NCBI GenBank assembly: GCA_963555995.3
Contig: OY821641.1
Span: forward strand, 96,001 to 160,000
DNA length: 64,000 nt
Source: Vicinamibacteria bacterium
GTDB lineage: Bacteria > Acidobacteriota > Vicinamibacteria > Marinacidobacterales > Marinacidobacteraceae
Direction: 5' to 3'
Positions 8,660 to 18,111 of this stretch are shown here, in pieces. Below the pieces are notes generated by a model, which was not told where the DNA came from, did not search any database, and was given only the letters and a program-made list of their open reading frames with translations. Within the stretch, counting starts at the first letter, position 1, and every line of letters starts with the position of its first letter. The position numbers were made by a program, and so were the translations under genes.

Positions 8660-9838
8660 TCACTCGTCGGTGGAGGCGGGGAGGTGGGCGGGGAGGCCCT
8701 CCAGCAAGCCTTCCCGATACGGGAACAGCGCCGGGGTGCCGCCGGTGTGGAGGAAGACCACCACGTCGGTATCGCTGAATTGGCCGTTGCGCGCCATGTC
8801 GAACAGACCCGTCATGGCCTTCCCGGTATAGACCGGGTCGAGGAGGATGCCTTCGGTCCGGGCGGTCAACGCGATGGTCCCCACGACGTCCTCGTTCAGG
8901 ATGCCGTAGCCCTCGCCGACGTATTCGTCGTGGACCACCACGTCGGAGGGGCCGACCTCCACGTCGAGCCCCATCGCCTCGACCGTCTCCCGGGCGATGG
9001 CGAGCACGTTCGCTTCGCTCGGGGCCTTGCTGCCGCCGGTGCTGATCCCGATGATCCGCACGTCGGGGGCGAGCATCTTGGCCCCGACCACCAGCCCGGC
9101 CTGGGTGCTGCCGGAGCCCGAGGCGTGGACCACGTGGGTAATCGTCACGCCGGCGTCCCGCGCCTGGGCGACGAGCTCCCGGAAGCAGTTCGCGTAGGCG
9201 ACCGAGCCGAGCGGCAGGTCCATCGAGCCACCCGTGCGCGAACCGCCCACGGACACCACGTAGGGGTTCCGTCCCGCCTCGCGTTCCGTCGCGGCGATCT
9301 CGTCCACCATCGCCTCCCGGTCCTCGCCCGGCTCGATGATGCGCACGTCGGCGCCCAGGATCCGGTCCAGCAGCAGGTTGCCGTCGGCGGGCGCTACCGA
9401 CTGGTCTTCCCGGCGCGCCAGGACGAGGATCGGGTCCATGCCCAGCCGCCGGGAGCCGGCGGCGGTCATCCGCGCCCAGTTGGACTGCACGCCCGCCCAG
9501 GTGATCACGCTGTCGCTCCCCTTCGCGACCGCGTCGGCGAGGATGAAGTCGAGTTTTCTCGCCTTGTTCCCGCCGAAGGCGAGGCCGGTCTGGTCGTCGC
9601 GCTTGACGAACAGGCGGGGGCCGCCGAGTTCCGCGGCGAGCGTGGGCATCTCCTCGAAGGGGGTCGGGAGGTGGGCGAGCGGGGCCTGTTCGAAGCGGCC
9701 GACGGCGTCGTCGAAGATGGTCATGGGGTCGGTGGTGTCTCCTTCCAGGTCACCGGCGCCGGTGCCGCCGCAGGCGGAAAGGCTGGCGGCGAGGAGGGAC
9801 CCACCGGCGACCATCGAGATTGAGCGGAGTGTGTTCAC
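8660..9838 (-). CDS. D-cysteine desulfhydrase/ACC deaminase family PLP enzyme with predicted lipoprotein signal
   Basis: LPTP, VKRDDQTGLAFGGNKARKL, QSNWAR, SGSGSTQAGL, LDPVYTGKA, FLHTGG. GGAGG RBS 7 nt before GTG 9838; N-terminal LSAC lipobox. Confidence 0.85.
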   Translation of the reverse strand: MNTLRSISMVAGGSLLAASLSACGGTGAGDLEGDTTDPMTIFDDAVGRFEQAPLAHLPTPFEEMPTLAAELGGPRLFVKRDDQTGLAFGGNKARKLDFILADAVAKGSDSVITWAGVQSNWARMTAAGSRRLGMDPILVLARREDQSVAPADGNLLLDRILGADVRIIEPGEDREAMVDEIAATEREAGRNPYVVSVGGSRTGGSMDLPLGSVAYANCFRELVAQARDAGVTITHVVHASGSGSTQAGLVVGAKMLAPDVRIIGISTGGSKAPSEANVLAIARETVEAMGLDVEVGPSDVVVHDEYVGEGYGILNEDVVGTIALTARTEGILLDPVYTGKAMTGLFDMARNGQFSDTDVVVFLHTGGTPALFPYREGLLEGLPAHLPASTDE

Positions 9839-10050
9839 GGGCAATCCTCCAGGACGGGCGAGTTTATGTCTGCGTGTCCCGACGGTCGTGGCTTGGAGAC
9901 TGGGGAGCGGGTAACGGCAGTGTCCACCGTCTGTGTGGGGCGAGCGGATGTCCGGTCGGCCTCGCCTATCGGAGTTGCAGCGGGTGGCGGGGCTCGCAGG
10001 CACCCCTGTCTGGGCCGGACGACGGCATTGACCCCCGATAGAATCACCTA

Positions 10051-10275
10051 ATGACCGAGTTGCTGGAAAGAGCGATTGCGAAGCTACAGACGTTGCCCGG
10101 TGATCGTCAGGACGAGGCGGCGCAGATGTTGCTGAGTCTGGTGGACGGGCCGCCCGTGGTCCGGCTCAACACGGAACAGGCTCAGGAGGTCGCTCGCCGC
10201 CTCGATACGCCGGCTCCTCGCTACTCCACCCACGAAGAGGTCACCGCCTTCTTCGGGCACAAGAGCATGCGATGA
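10051..10275 (+). CDS. Putative addiction-module antitoxin
   Basis: MTELLERAIAKLQTLP...QDEAA; ATGA overlap with the toxin. TAGAAT 6 nt before the ATG suggests a leaderless transcript. Confidence 0.7.
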   Translation: MTELLERAIAKLQTLPGDRQDEAAQMLLSLVDGPPVVRLNTEQAQEVARRLDTPAPRYSTHEEVTAFFGHKSMR

Positions 10276-10547
10276 GGCTCCGATGGCGGTTGTCCGCCAT
10301 CAGTGACCTCGCCCATATTCGCGACTACATCGCGGCCAGCAGCCCATCGGGAGCACAGGACGTCGTGGACCGCGTCCTTCGCTCGGTGGCACGTTTGCGC
10401 CTCTTCCCGCATTCAGGTCGTGTCGGTCAGGTCCACGGTACGAGGGAACTGGTCGTTCCCGGGCTCCCGTACATCGTCGTATACACCCACGATGACGAGG
10501 GTGTTGACATCGTGGCTGTTTTTCATGGCGCGCAGAAGCGTGGATGA
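10272..10547 (+). CDS. RelE/ParE family toxin
   Basis: AISDLAHIRDYIA...LRLFPHSGR...GTRELVV...PYIVVY...IVAVFHGAQ. Confidence 0.9.
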   Translation: MRLRWRLSAISDLAHIRDYIAASSPSGAQDVVDRVLRSVARLRLFPHSGRVGQVHGTRELVVPGLPYIVVYTHDDEGVDIVAVFHGAQKRG

Positions 10548-10686
10548 AATGTCAGGCGGCGGGGTTCGGCCCGCTCTCTGACTGCATCCGGCGCCTCCTA
10601 TTTCGCGGCCGGCTGAATCCGGGCATGTGTGGAATGGGGGCTCTGCGGGTTCAGGCGGTGCGCCGTGAGGGTGGATAGCGTCGCGA

Positions 10687-10737
10687 CGTGCGCGGCGCGG
10701 AGCGCCGCGCGTGCCGGTCTGGAGACCGGCGTTCCAA
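10687..10737 (-). repeat. REP-like palindromic unit
   Basis: Minus strand: GGAACGCCGGTC-TCCA-GACCGGCA + GCGCGGCGC-TCC-GCGCCGCGC. Confidence 0.8.
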
Positions 10738-10810
10738 GCCGTAGCGCCACCACGCGGGCCCGGGCCGTTCCCGCCCCTCACTAGAATTCCGGCCTCCCAG
10801 GAAGCGCTGT

Positions 10811-12418
10811 TTGGCCCGGCTCAAGTCCCATATCTCGACGGACTCCGACGAGTTCCGGGCCAACGAAGCGCATAACCGCGAACTCTGCGAGACGCTGCGG
10901 GTGCGGCTGGCCGAGGTCCGTCAGGGCGGCGGGGGCCGGGCGCGGGCCCGGCACGCCGAGCAGGGGAAGCTGTTCGTGCGGGAGCGGATCGAACGGCTCG
11001 CGGACCCCGGTTCGCCCTTCCTCGAGGTCGGCCCGCTCGCCGCGCACGACTGCTACGACGCCCCGACGCCGGCCGCCGGGCTCGTCACCGGGGTGGCCTC
11101 GGTCTCCGGCCGCCTGGTCATGGTGGTCGCGAACGACGCCACCGTGAAGGGCGGGACCTACTACCCGCTGACCGTCAAGAAGCATCTCCGCGCCCAGGAG
11201 ATCGCGGCCCGCTGCGAACTACCGTGCGTCTATCTGGTGGACAGCGGGGGCGCGTTCCTACCGCTCCAGGCCGAGGTCTTTCCCGACCGCGACCACTTCG
11301 GGCGGATCTTCCGCAACCAGGCGGTGATGAGCGCCCGCGGCATTCCGCAGCTCGCGGCGGTGATGGGCATGTGCACCGCCGGCGGCGCCTACGTCCCCGC
11401 CATGAGCGACGAGGCCGTCATCGTCGAGGGCACCGGGACCATCTACCTCGGCGGCCCGCCGCTCGTCAAGGCCGCCACCGGCGAGGTGGTGAGCCCCGAG
11501 GAACTCGGCGGCGCCCGGGTCCACACCGAACATTCCGGGGTGGCGGACCACCTCGCCGAGGACGACGACGCGGCCATCCGGATTGTGCGGGAGGCGGTCG
11601 GCAGGCTGCCGGTGGGGACCGAACGGCCCGTCCGCGACGCCGACCCCGAGCCACCCGACTACCCCGAGGACGAGATCCTCGGTATCTGGCCCCGTGACCG
11701 CCGGGTCCGGGTGGACATCCGCGAGACGCTCGCCCGGCTCCTCGACGGGAGCCGGCTCGACGAGTTCAAGGCGCGCTACGGGACCACGCTGGTGACCGGT
11801 TTCGGCCGCATCGAGGGGATCACGGTGGGGGTCGTGGCCAGCAACGGGGTCCTCTTCAGTGAGAGCGGCCTGAAGGGCGCGCACTTCGTCCAGCTCTGCG
11901 CCCGCGAGGGCCTGCCGCTGCTCTTCGTCCAGGACATCACCGGGTTCATGGTCGGGGCGCGCTACGAACGGGGCGGGATCGCCAAGGACGGCGCGAAGAT
12001 GGTGAACGCGGTCGCCACCGCCGAGGTCCCAAAGATCACGCTCATCGCGGGCGGCAGCTTCGGGGCGGGGAACTACGCGATGTGCGGGCGGGCCTATGAC
12101 CCGGCGTTCGTCTGGTCGTGGCCGGCGAGCCGCATCTCGGTGATGGGCGGCGAACAGGCCGCCTCCGTCCTGGTCCAGGTCAAGCGCGACCAGCGCGAGC
12201 GCGCCGGCGAGGAGCTGAGCGGCGCGGAGGCCGAGGAGATCGCCGCGCCCGTCCGGGAGAAGTACGAACGCGAGGGGAGCGCGTACTACGCGACCGCGCG
12301 TCTCTGGGACGACGGCATCGTGGACATGCGGAACACGCGCCGGACCCTCGCCCTGAGCCTGGCGGCGGCCGCGAACGCTCCCGTCCGGGATTCCGGGCAC
12401 GGCATCTTCCGGATGTAG
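10811..12418 (+). CDS. Methylcrotonyl-/geranyl-CoA carboxylase beta (carboxyltransferase) subunit
   Basis: [70 protein letters not shown]-terminus. Confidence 0.95.
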   Translation: MARLKSHISTDSDEFRANEAHNRELCETLRVRLAEVRQGGGGRARARHAEQGKLFVRERIERLADPGSPFLEVGPLAAHDCYDAPTPAAGLVTGVASVSGRLVMVVANDATVKGGTYYPLTVKKHLRAQEIAARCELPCVYLVDSGGAFLPLQAEVFPDRDHFGRIFRNQAVMSARGIPQLAAVMGMCTAGGAYVPAMSDEAVIVEGTGTIYLGGPPLVKAATGEVVSPEELGGARVHTEHSGVADHLAEDDDAAIRIVREAVGRLPVGTERPVRDADPEPPDYPEDEILGIWPRDRRVRVDIRETLARLLDGSRLDEFKARYGTTLVTGFGRIEGITVGVVASNGVLFSESGLKGAHFVQLCAREGLPLLFVQDITGFMVGARYERGGIAKDGAKMVNAVATAEVPKITLIAGGSFGAGNYAMCGRAYDPAFVWSWPASRISVMGGEQAASVLVQVKRDQRERAGEELSGAEAEEIAAPVREKYEREGSAYYATARLWDDGIVDMRNTRRTLALSLAAAANAPVRDSGHGIFRM

Positions 12419-12438
12419 GGATCGGGAACGCCCGCATC

Positions 12439-14322
12439 GTGAAGCGCACCGTCCGGGTCGGCAACGCCGGCGGCTACTGGGGGGACGACCCGCGGGCGCT
12501 CCGCTCCCAGGTGCTGGGGCCGGAGCCTCCCGAGTTCGTGACCGCGGACTTCCTGGCCGAGATCACGATGAGCATCCTGCAGAAGCAGCGCGCCCGCGAT
12601 CCCGAGGCCGGCTATGCCCGTGACTTCGTGACCCAGCTCGCTCCGCTCCTCGGCGCCGTCCGGGAACGCGGGATCACCGTGATCACGAACGCCGGCGGGG
12701 TGAATCCCGGGGGCTGCGCCCGCGCGGTGCTCCGCGCAGCGATCGAGGCGGGAGTCGAGTTGACGGTGGCGGTGGTGGACGGCGATGACCTGACGGGCCG
12801 GCTGGACGCGCTCCTCGACGACGGAGTCGGTTTCGACAACCTGGAGACCGGCGCTCCGTTCGGACCCCGGCGAGCCGACGTCCTGTCGGCGAACGCCTAC
12901 TTCGGCGCCGAGCCGATCGTCCGGGCGCTCGCGCACTGCCCGGACGTGGTGGTCACGGGGCGCGTCACGGACACCGGAATCACCCTCGCCCCCATCCGGC
13001 ACGCCCTCGGCTGGGACCCCCGTGACTGGGACCGCATCGCGGGCGGCATCGTGGCCGGTCACCTCATCGAGTGCGGGGTGCAGGCCACCGGCGGGAACTT
13101 CACCGACTGGGAGCGGGTTCCGGGACTCGGCAACGAGGGCTTCCCGGTGGTCGAGGTCGAGGAAGACGGGGCCTTCGTGCTCACGAAGCAGCCGGGTACC
13201 GGCGGCCTGGTCTCGCCCGCGGTGGTCCGGGAACAACTGCTCTACGAGATGGGCGACCCGGAGCGTTACCTGTGCCCGGATGCGACCGTGGACTTCTCCG
13301 GTCTCACCGTGGCGGCTGCCGGGGAGGACCGGGTGCGCGTCCGGGGGGCGCGGGGCGGGCCGCCTCCCGGCGACCTCAAGGTGAGCGCGTCGGTCCGCGG
13401 GGGCTTCAGCGTCCGGGGCAGTCTGGTGGTCGGCGGCCCGGACGTGGGGCCGAAGGCGGCGGCGCTTGCGGCCGCCTTCCGGGATCGGCTCCGGGACGAC
13501 TGCGACGCGGCGAGCGTTCCGTTCCCAGCCGAGTTCCGGGCGGACGTGGTGGGCGCGGACGCCGCGCAGCGGGGGCTGGCCGATGCGGCGCGCCCCGATC
13601 CGTCGGAGGGCCTCGTCCGCTTCGCGGCGTGGAGCCCCGCCCGGGAACCGCTCCAGGTCTTCCGCAAGCTGCTTCCGAGCCTCATCCTGAGCGGCCCGGC
13701 GGGGCTCGCGGTCACCGGAGGCGCCCCGGCGATCTCCGAGGTGGTCGGCTACTGGCCCGCGCTCGTTCCCCGCGACCGGGTCGCGGCCGCGGTCCGGGTG
13801 ATCCGGGTGTCCGCCGGCGGCGCCGAAGCGGTGGTGGCCGAAGAGGAGGTTCCGTTCGCGGGACCGGCCGGGGAGACCTCGCGTCCGTCCCGCACCACAC
13901 CGGCGCCGGACTTTCCCGGGACCGGCCCCGTCGTCGAGGCGCCACTCGGCGCCGTGGCGCACGCGCGCAGCGGGGACAAGGGGGACGCCGCCAACATCGG
14001 CATCATCGGACGGAGCGCGGCCTGCTACGGCTGGCTCGCGGAGAACCTGTCCGCGGCGGTGGTGTCCGACTGGGTCCGGGAGGTGGCGGAGGGACCGGTC
14101 ACCCGCTACGAGGTGCCCGGGCTCTGGGCGCTCAACTTCATCCTGGAGCGGGCGCTCGGGGGCGGCGGGACCCGCAGCCTGCTGCTCGATCCGCAGGGGA
14201 AGACGCTGGCGCAGGGCATCCTCCGCCAGCGGGTGCGCATCCCGGCCGCGCTCCTTGCCACCATCGCTCCCGGGAACCGCCCGCTGTCTCCCGCGTTCGC
14301 CTCGCCCGCTTCCGCTCCATGA
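12439..14322 (+). CDS. Acyclic terpene utilization AtuA (DUF1446) family protein
   Basis: VGNAGGYWGD, DFLAEITM, TGRVTD, GHLIECG, QLLYEMGDP, ARSGDKGD, DPQGKTLAQ. Confidence 0.9.
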   Translation: MKRTVRVGNAGGYWGDDPRALRSQVLGPEPPEFVTADFLAEITMSILQKQRARDPEAGYARDFVTQLAPLLGAVRERGITVITNAGGVNPGGCARAVLRAAIEAGVELTVAVVDGDDLTGRLDALLDDGVGFDNLETGAPFGPRRADVLSANAYFGAEPIVRALAHCPDVVVTGRVTDTGITLAPIRHALGWDPRDWDRIAGGIVAGHLIECGVQATGGNFTDWERVPGLGNEGFPVVEVEEDGAFVLTKQPGTGGLVSPAVVREQLLYEMGDPERYLCPDATVDFSGLTVAAAGEDRVRVRGARGGPPPGDLKVSASVRGGFSVRGSLVVGGPDVGPKAAALAAAFRDRLRDDCDAASVPFPAEFRADVVGADAAQRGLADAARPDPSEGLVRFAAWSPAREPLQVFRKLLPSLILSGPAGLAVTGGAPAISEVVGYWPALVPRDRVAAAVRVIRVSAGGAEAVVAEEEVPFAGPAGETSRPSRTTPAPDFPGTGPVVEAPLGAVAHARSGDKGDAANIGIIGRSAACYGWLAENLSAAVVSDWVREVAEGPVTRYEVPGLWALNFILERALGGGGTRSLLLDPQGKTLAQGILRQRVRIPAALLATIAPGNRPLSPAFASPASAP

Positions 14323-15185
14323 GTTCTCCGAATCTGCACCTTGATTTCGAAGCGGACGGCGTCGTCCGCCTCACGCTCCGGCGGCCGGAGGCGCGGAACG
14401 CGCTGACCCCGGCGATGGTCGCCGGGATTCCGAGCCTGCTGGAGGAGCTTGCCGCGCTTCCGTCCGAGCGGTGCCGGGTGGTCGTGCTGCGGGGCGAGGG
14501 GAAGGTGTTCTGCGCCGGCGCCGACCTGAAGGCGATGCGCGCATCGGGGCAGGCGAGCGAAGCGGAGAACCGCGAGGACGCGCGGCGCTTCGCGACGCTC
14601 TTTCGGTCGGTCGCCGCGTTTCCGGCCCCGGTGGTCGCGGCGGTCCAGGGAGCGGCGCTCGGGGGCGGCTTCGGGCTCGTGGTGTGCGCGGACCACGTGG
14701 TCGCGGAGGAGACGGCCCGCTTCGGAACTCCGGAAGCGCGGCTCGGGCTCGTCCCGGCGGTCATCTCCCCCTACGTGGTGCGCCGCCTCGGCCCGGGCCG
14801 AGCCGGTCCGTACCTGCTCGGGGGCGCCGTTTCCCAGGGGCTCGGCGCGCTCGCGGCCGGAATCGCCCACGAGCTGGCGCCGGTCGGAGGGCTCGAGGAT
14901 GTGCTTCAGCAGACGCTGGGACGATTCCTCCAGAACGCTCCCCGCGCGGTGCGCGAGGCCAAGTCCCTCATGTTGCGGGAGGCGCCGCTCCCGCCGCCGG
15001 ACATCGAGGAGCTGACCATCCGCACCATCGCCGAAGCGCGGGCCTCCGAAGAAGGGCAGGCGGGAACGAAGACGTTCTTCGCGAAGGTCCCGCCGCCCTG
15101 GGCGCCCGGGAGCGCCGGTCTTCAGACCGGCACCGCCGACCGCAGGGAGGCGAAACCCGGCCGCGGCAGAACGAACCGACGTTGA
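14319..15185 (+). CDS. Enoyl-CoA hydratase/isomerase (methylglutaconyl-CoA hydratase-like)
   Basis: RPEARNAL, FCAGADL, GAALGGGFGL, PEARLGLVPAVISPYV. The C-terminal tail is encoded by a REP unit. Confidence 0.9.
   Translation: MSSPNLHLDFEADGVVRLTLRRPEARNALTPAMVAGIPSLLEELAALPSERCRVVVLRGEGKVFCAGADLKAMRASGQASEAENREDARRFATLFRSVAAFPAPVVAAVQGAALGGGFGLVVCADHVVAEETARFGTPEARLGLVPAVISPYVVRRLGPGRAGPYLLGGAVSQGLGALAAGIAHELAPVGGLEDVLQQTLGRFLQNAPRAVREAKSLMLREAPLPPPDIEELTIRTIAEARASEEGQAGTKTFFAKVPPPWAPGSAGLQTGTADRREAKPGRGRTNRR
15108..15158 (+). repeat. REP-like unit inside the 3' end of the hydratase CDS
   Basis: GGGAGCGCCGGTCTTCAGACCGGCA-CCGCCGACCGCAGGGAGGCGAAACCC. Confidence 0.8.
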
Positions 15186-15186
15186 C

Positions 15187-17139
15187 GTGCACTCGGCTCC
15201 CCCGCGGCTGCTGATCGCGAATCGCGGCGAGATCGCCCGGCGGATCCTCCGTTCCGCCCGGGCGCGCGGCTGCCGGGTGGCCGTCGTCTCGACCGCCGCC
15301 GACCGCGGGACTCCGGTGCGGGACGAGGCCGATCGGGTCTTCGAGGTTCCGGGTTTTCTGGACGGTGGCGCCATCGTCGCCGCGGCCACCGGCTGGGACG
15401 CCGGACTGCTGCATCCCGGATACGGGTTCCTCTCGGAGAGTGCGTCGTTCGCCGAAGCGGTCGAGGCGGCGGGAATCGCGTTCGTCGGTCCGACGGCGAA
15501 GAGCATGCGCCGCCTCGGCGACAAGGAGGCGGCTCGCCGGACCGCCATCGCGGCCGGGGTTCCGGTGCTGCCCTCGCTCGACTCGGAGGGGCTCGCTTCG
15601 GAACCGGATCCGGCGGCGGCCGTGGAACGCGCCGGGGTGGGTTTCCCCTGCGCCGTGAAGGCGGCGGCGGGCGGCGGCGGCATCGGCATCCGGGTGGTCC
15701 GCCGCCGCGAAGCGCTGGCCGAGGCGCTCTCGGTGGCCGCCTCCGAGGCCCGCGCGGCGTTCGGCGACGGCCGCGTCTATGTCGAGCGCTGGCTCGACCG
15801 CCCGCGTCACGTCGAGATCCAGGTCCTCGGCGACGGGCGGGGAGCGGGAATCCACCTGGGCGAGCGGGAGTGCTCCGTCCAGCGCCGGCGGCAGAAGCTC
15901 CTGGAGTGGGCTCCGGGATTCGGCATCACGGCGGATCTGCGCGCCCGGATGGGCGAAGCCGCGCTGCGGCTGGTGACCGCGAGCCGCTACCGGGGGGCGG
16001 GGACGGTCGAGTTCCTGCTCGAACCGGACGGAGCCTTCCACTTCCTTGAGGTGAATACCCGGCTCCAGGTGGAACACCCGGTCACCGAGGCGATCTACCG
16101 GGTGGATCTCGTGGATGCGCAACTGGAGATTGCCACCGGAGGATGGCCCGCCGCGCTGCCGGCTCCGGTGTCCCGGGCGGAGTCGTTCGAACCCCTCCCG
16201 CCCCGCGGGGCGGCCTTCGAAGCGCGGATCGTCGCCGAGTCGCCGCGGAACGGATTCGCGCCCAGTCCCGGACATCTCCGCCGCTACCGGGAGCCCGAGG
16301 CGGACGGTGTGAGGGTTGACTCCGGGGTCGTCGAGGGCAGTCTGGTTCCTCCCGGCTTCGACTCCCTGATGGCGAAGGTCATCGCCTCCGGCGACTCGCA
16401 CGCCGCCGCGGCGGCGCGGCTCGCCTCCGCGCTCGAAGGGACCGTGATCCACGGGGTGGAGACGAACGCTTCGCTCATGATCTCCGTGCTGCGGCACCCG
16501 GACCTGCTCGGCGAACGCGTTCACGCCGGTTGGCTGGAGGAGCGCATCGAGGAGCTCGCCGCTTCCCGGCTCGCCCCCGAGGTGACGGCGCTCCTCGGCC
16601 GCGAAGGGGTGGCGGACGCGGTGGCGGCGGCCGCCTCGCGCCGGCGGACAAGCGAGGGCGCGCGCGTCTTCCGGTCGCTCGGCCGCTCGGAGAACTTCCC
16701 CGGCATGGAACCGGGCAGCCGCCCCGGCGACGTGGTGCTGTGCGGCCCCCCGGTCCGGGAGAGCGGCGCCGGCGAGGTGTTGACGCTGGCCGCGACGGCG
16801 CTCGCCGGCGGGCGCGCACTGGCGGTCACGGTGGGCGGTGAGACGCTGACTCTGCCGCTCTCCCGCGAGGGCGGGAAAGCGGCGACCCGGGCCGGTTCCG
16901 GCGAGGTCCGGGCCCCCCTCGCCGGCCAGGTCATCCGCATCCTCAGCGCCGGCAGCAGCGTCCACGAAGGCGACGTGGTCGCCGTGATCGAGTCCATGAA
17001 GATGCACTGGGAGATCCGCGCGCCGGCGAGCGGGACCCTGGCCGACATCGGCGCGAAAGCCGGAGACGCTGTCGCCGCCGGAGCGCTGTTGGTCCGGATT
17101 GCGGAGGATGGGGTAGGCTCGGTCCCGGAATCAGGATGA
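15187..17139 (+). CDS. Biotin carboxylase/biotin carboxyl carrier (acyl-CoA carboxylase alpha subunit)
   Basis: LIANRGEIA, HPGYGFLSE, ERECSVQRRRQK, EVNTRLQVEHPVTE, biotinylation motif ESMKM. Confidence 0.95.
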   Translation: MHSAPPRLLIANRGEIARRILRSARARGCRVAVVSTAADRGTPVRDEADRVFEVPGFLDGGAIVAAATGWDAGLLHPGYGFLSESASFAEAVEAAGIAFVGPTAKSMRRLGDKEAARRTAIAAGVPVLPSLDSEGLASEPDPAAAVERAGVGFPCAVKAAAGGGGIGIRVVRRREALAEALSVAASEARAAFGDGRVYVERWLDRPRHVEIQVLGDGRGAGIHLGERECSVQRRRQKLLEWAPGFGITADLRARMGEAALRLVTASRYRGAGTVEFLLEPDGAFHFLEVNTRLQVEHPVTEAIYRVDLVDAQLEIATGGWPAALPAPVSRAESFEPLPPRGAAFEARIVAESPRNGFAPSPGHLRRYREPEADGVRVDSGVVEGSLVPPGFDSLMAKVIASGDSHAAAAARLASALEGTVIHGVETNASLMISVLRHPDLLGERVHAGWLEERIEELAASRLAPEVTALLGREGVADAVAAAASRRRTSEGARVFRSLGRSENFPGMEPGSRPGDVVLCGPPVRESGAGEVLTLAATALAGGRALAVTVGGETLTLPLSREGGKAATRAGSGEVRAPLAGQVIRILSAGSSVHEGDVVAVIESMKMHWEIRAPASGTLADIGAKAGDAVAAGALLVRIAEDGVGSVPESG

Positions 17140-17399
17140 ACCACAGAATCACCACCGGCATCGGTGAGTTCATGTCCCGTGATTGGCAGCGGGTACGTGA
17201 CTTCAAGGACGACTATTGGGCCGGGCGAATCGAAAGGTTCGGGCCTCTCGAAGGACTGCGGATCGCCGACGAGTTGCGCCGACAGGCGATCCTCGCGAAC
17301 CCGGACTGGCCGGATGCGGCGAGCCGCCGTGAAGACCTGGACTCCCACATCCGCCTGGCCGACCTGTTCGCGCTCGCCGATGCAGCCCGCCGGCCCTGA
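17136..17399 (+). CDS. Small hypothetical protein, probable partner (antitoxin-like) of the downstream nucleotidyltransferase
   Basis: 87-aa ORF overlapping both neighbours; plausible coding composition; no family recognised. Confidence 0.55.
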   Translation: MNHRITTGIGEFMSRDWQRVRDFKDDYWAGRIERFGPLEGLRIADELRRQAILANPDWPDAASRREDLDSHIRLADLFALADAARRP

Positions 17400-17949
17400 G
17401 CTGCTGGCCGCGCTGGCGGCGGTCCTGAACCGATGGGGCCGCTGGTACCTGTTCGGTGCCCAGGCGGTCGTCGCGCATGGCGTGCCCCGGCTGAGCGCTG
17501 ACGTTGATGTCACGCTGCGCCTCGCTCCCGACCAACCGGATCAGTTCGTACGCGACATGGAGGCCGCCGGATTCGCGCTTGCCATCCAGGATACGGACTT
17601 TGTTCGGGAAACGCGCGTGATGCCGTTCGTCCATACCGCCACGGCCTTCCCGCTCGATGTCGTGTTCGCCGGGTCCGGCCTCGAGGACGAGTTTCTCGAG
17701 CGGGCGAAGACGACGGACATCGGCGGCGTGCCGGTTCCGTTGATTGACGTGGCGGATCTGGTGATTTCCAAGATTCTCGCGGGTCGCCCCAAGGACATCG
17801 AGGACGCGCGGAGCCTCTGGCGTCTGCACGGACCCGCAGTGGACCACCGCCGAATCCGGCATCTGTTGCGATCCCTCGAAGCGGCGCTCGACCGGAGCGA
17901 TCTCGTAGCCAGCTTCGAGACCATGCGGCGGACTACCGCGCCGCGCTGA
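17380..17949 (+). CDS. Pol-beta-superfamily nucleotidyltransferase (AbiEii/DUF6036-like)
   Basis: FGAQAVVAHGVPRLSADVD (G..AV...R...DxD) and DLVISKILAGRPKDIED motifs. Confidence 0.8.
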   Translation: MQPAGPELLAALAAVLNRWGRWYLFGAQAVVAHGVPRLSADVDVTLRLAPDQPDQFVRDMEAAGFALAIQDTDFVRETRVMPFVHTATAFPLDVVFAGSGLEDEFLERAKTTDIGGVPVPLIDVADLVISKILAGRPKDIEDARSLWRLHGPAVDHRRIRHLLRSLEAALDRSDLVASFETMRRTTAPR

Positions 17950-17963
17950 TCCGCGGAACGGCG

Positions 17964-18006
17964 GGGAGCGCCGGTGTTCACACCGGCATCGTGGCCGAAG
18001 GCCACG
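17964..18006 (+). repeat. REP-like palindromic unit (covariant stem)
   Basis: GGGAGCGCCGGTG-TTCA-CACCGGCA + CGTGGCC-GAA-GGCCACG. Confidence 0.8.
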
Positions 18007-18111
18007 CGAAGTGTGGTGCATGTCGGTGTGAAGGGGCGCATGTGTTCGCCGCGGGCGTCCGACCGTTTTGGGTTGCACGCGCTCCCGGGAAATCATGAGA
18101 GGATGGCTCCC

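Noticed and set aside
10028-10044. TTGACC/TAGAAT as a -35/-10 pair
   Set aside because: Spacing is only 5 nt; only the -10-like hexamer is plausible.
7435-10737. Integron cassette array explanation for the TA genes
   Set aside because: No integron integrase and no recognisable attC (RYYYAAC...GTTRRRY) boundaries; cassettes are dispersed and in both orientations.
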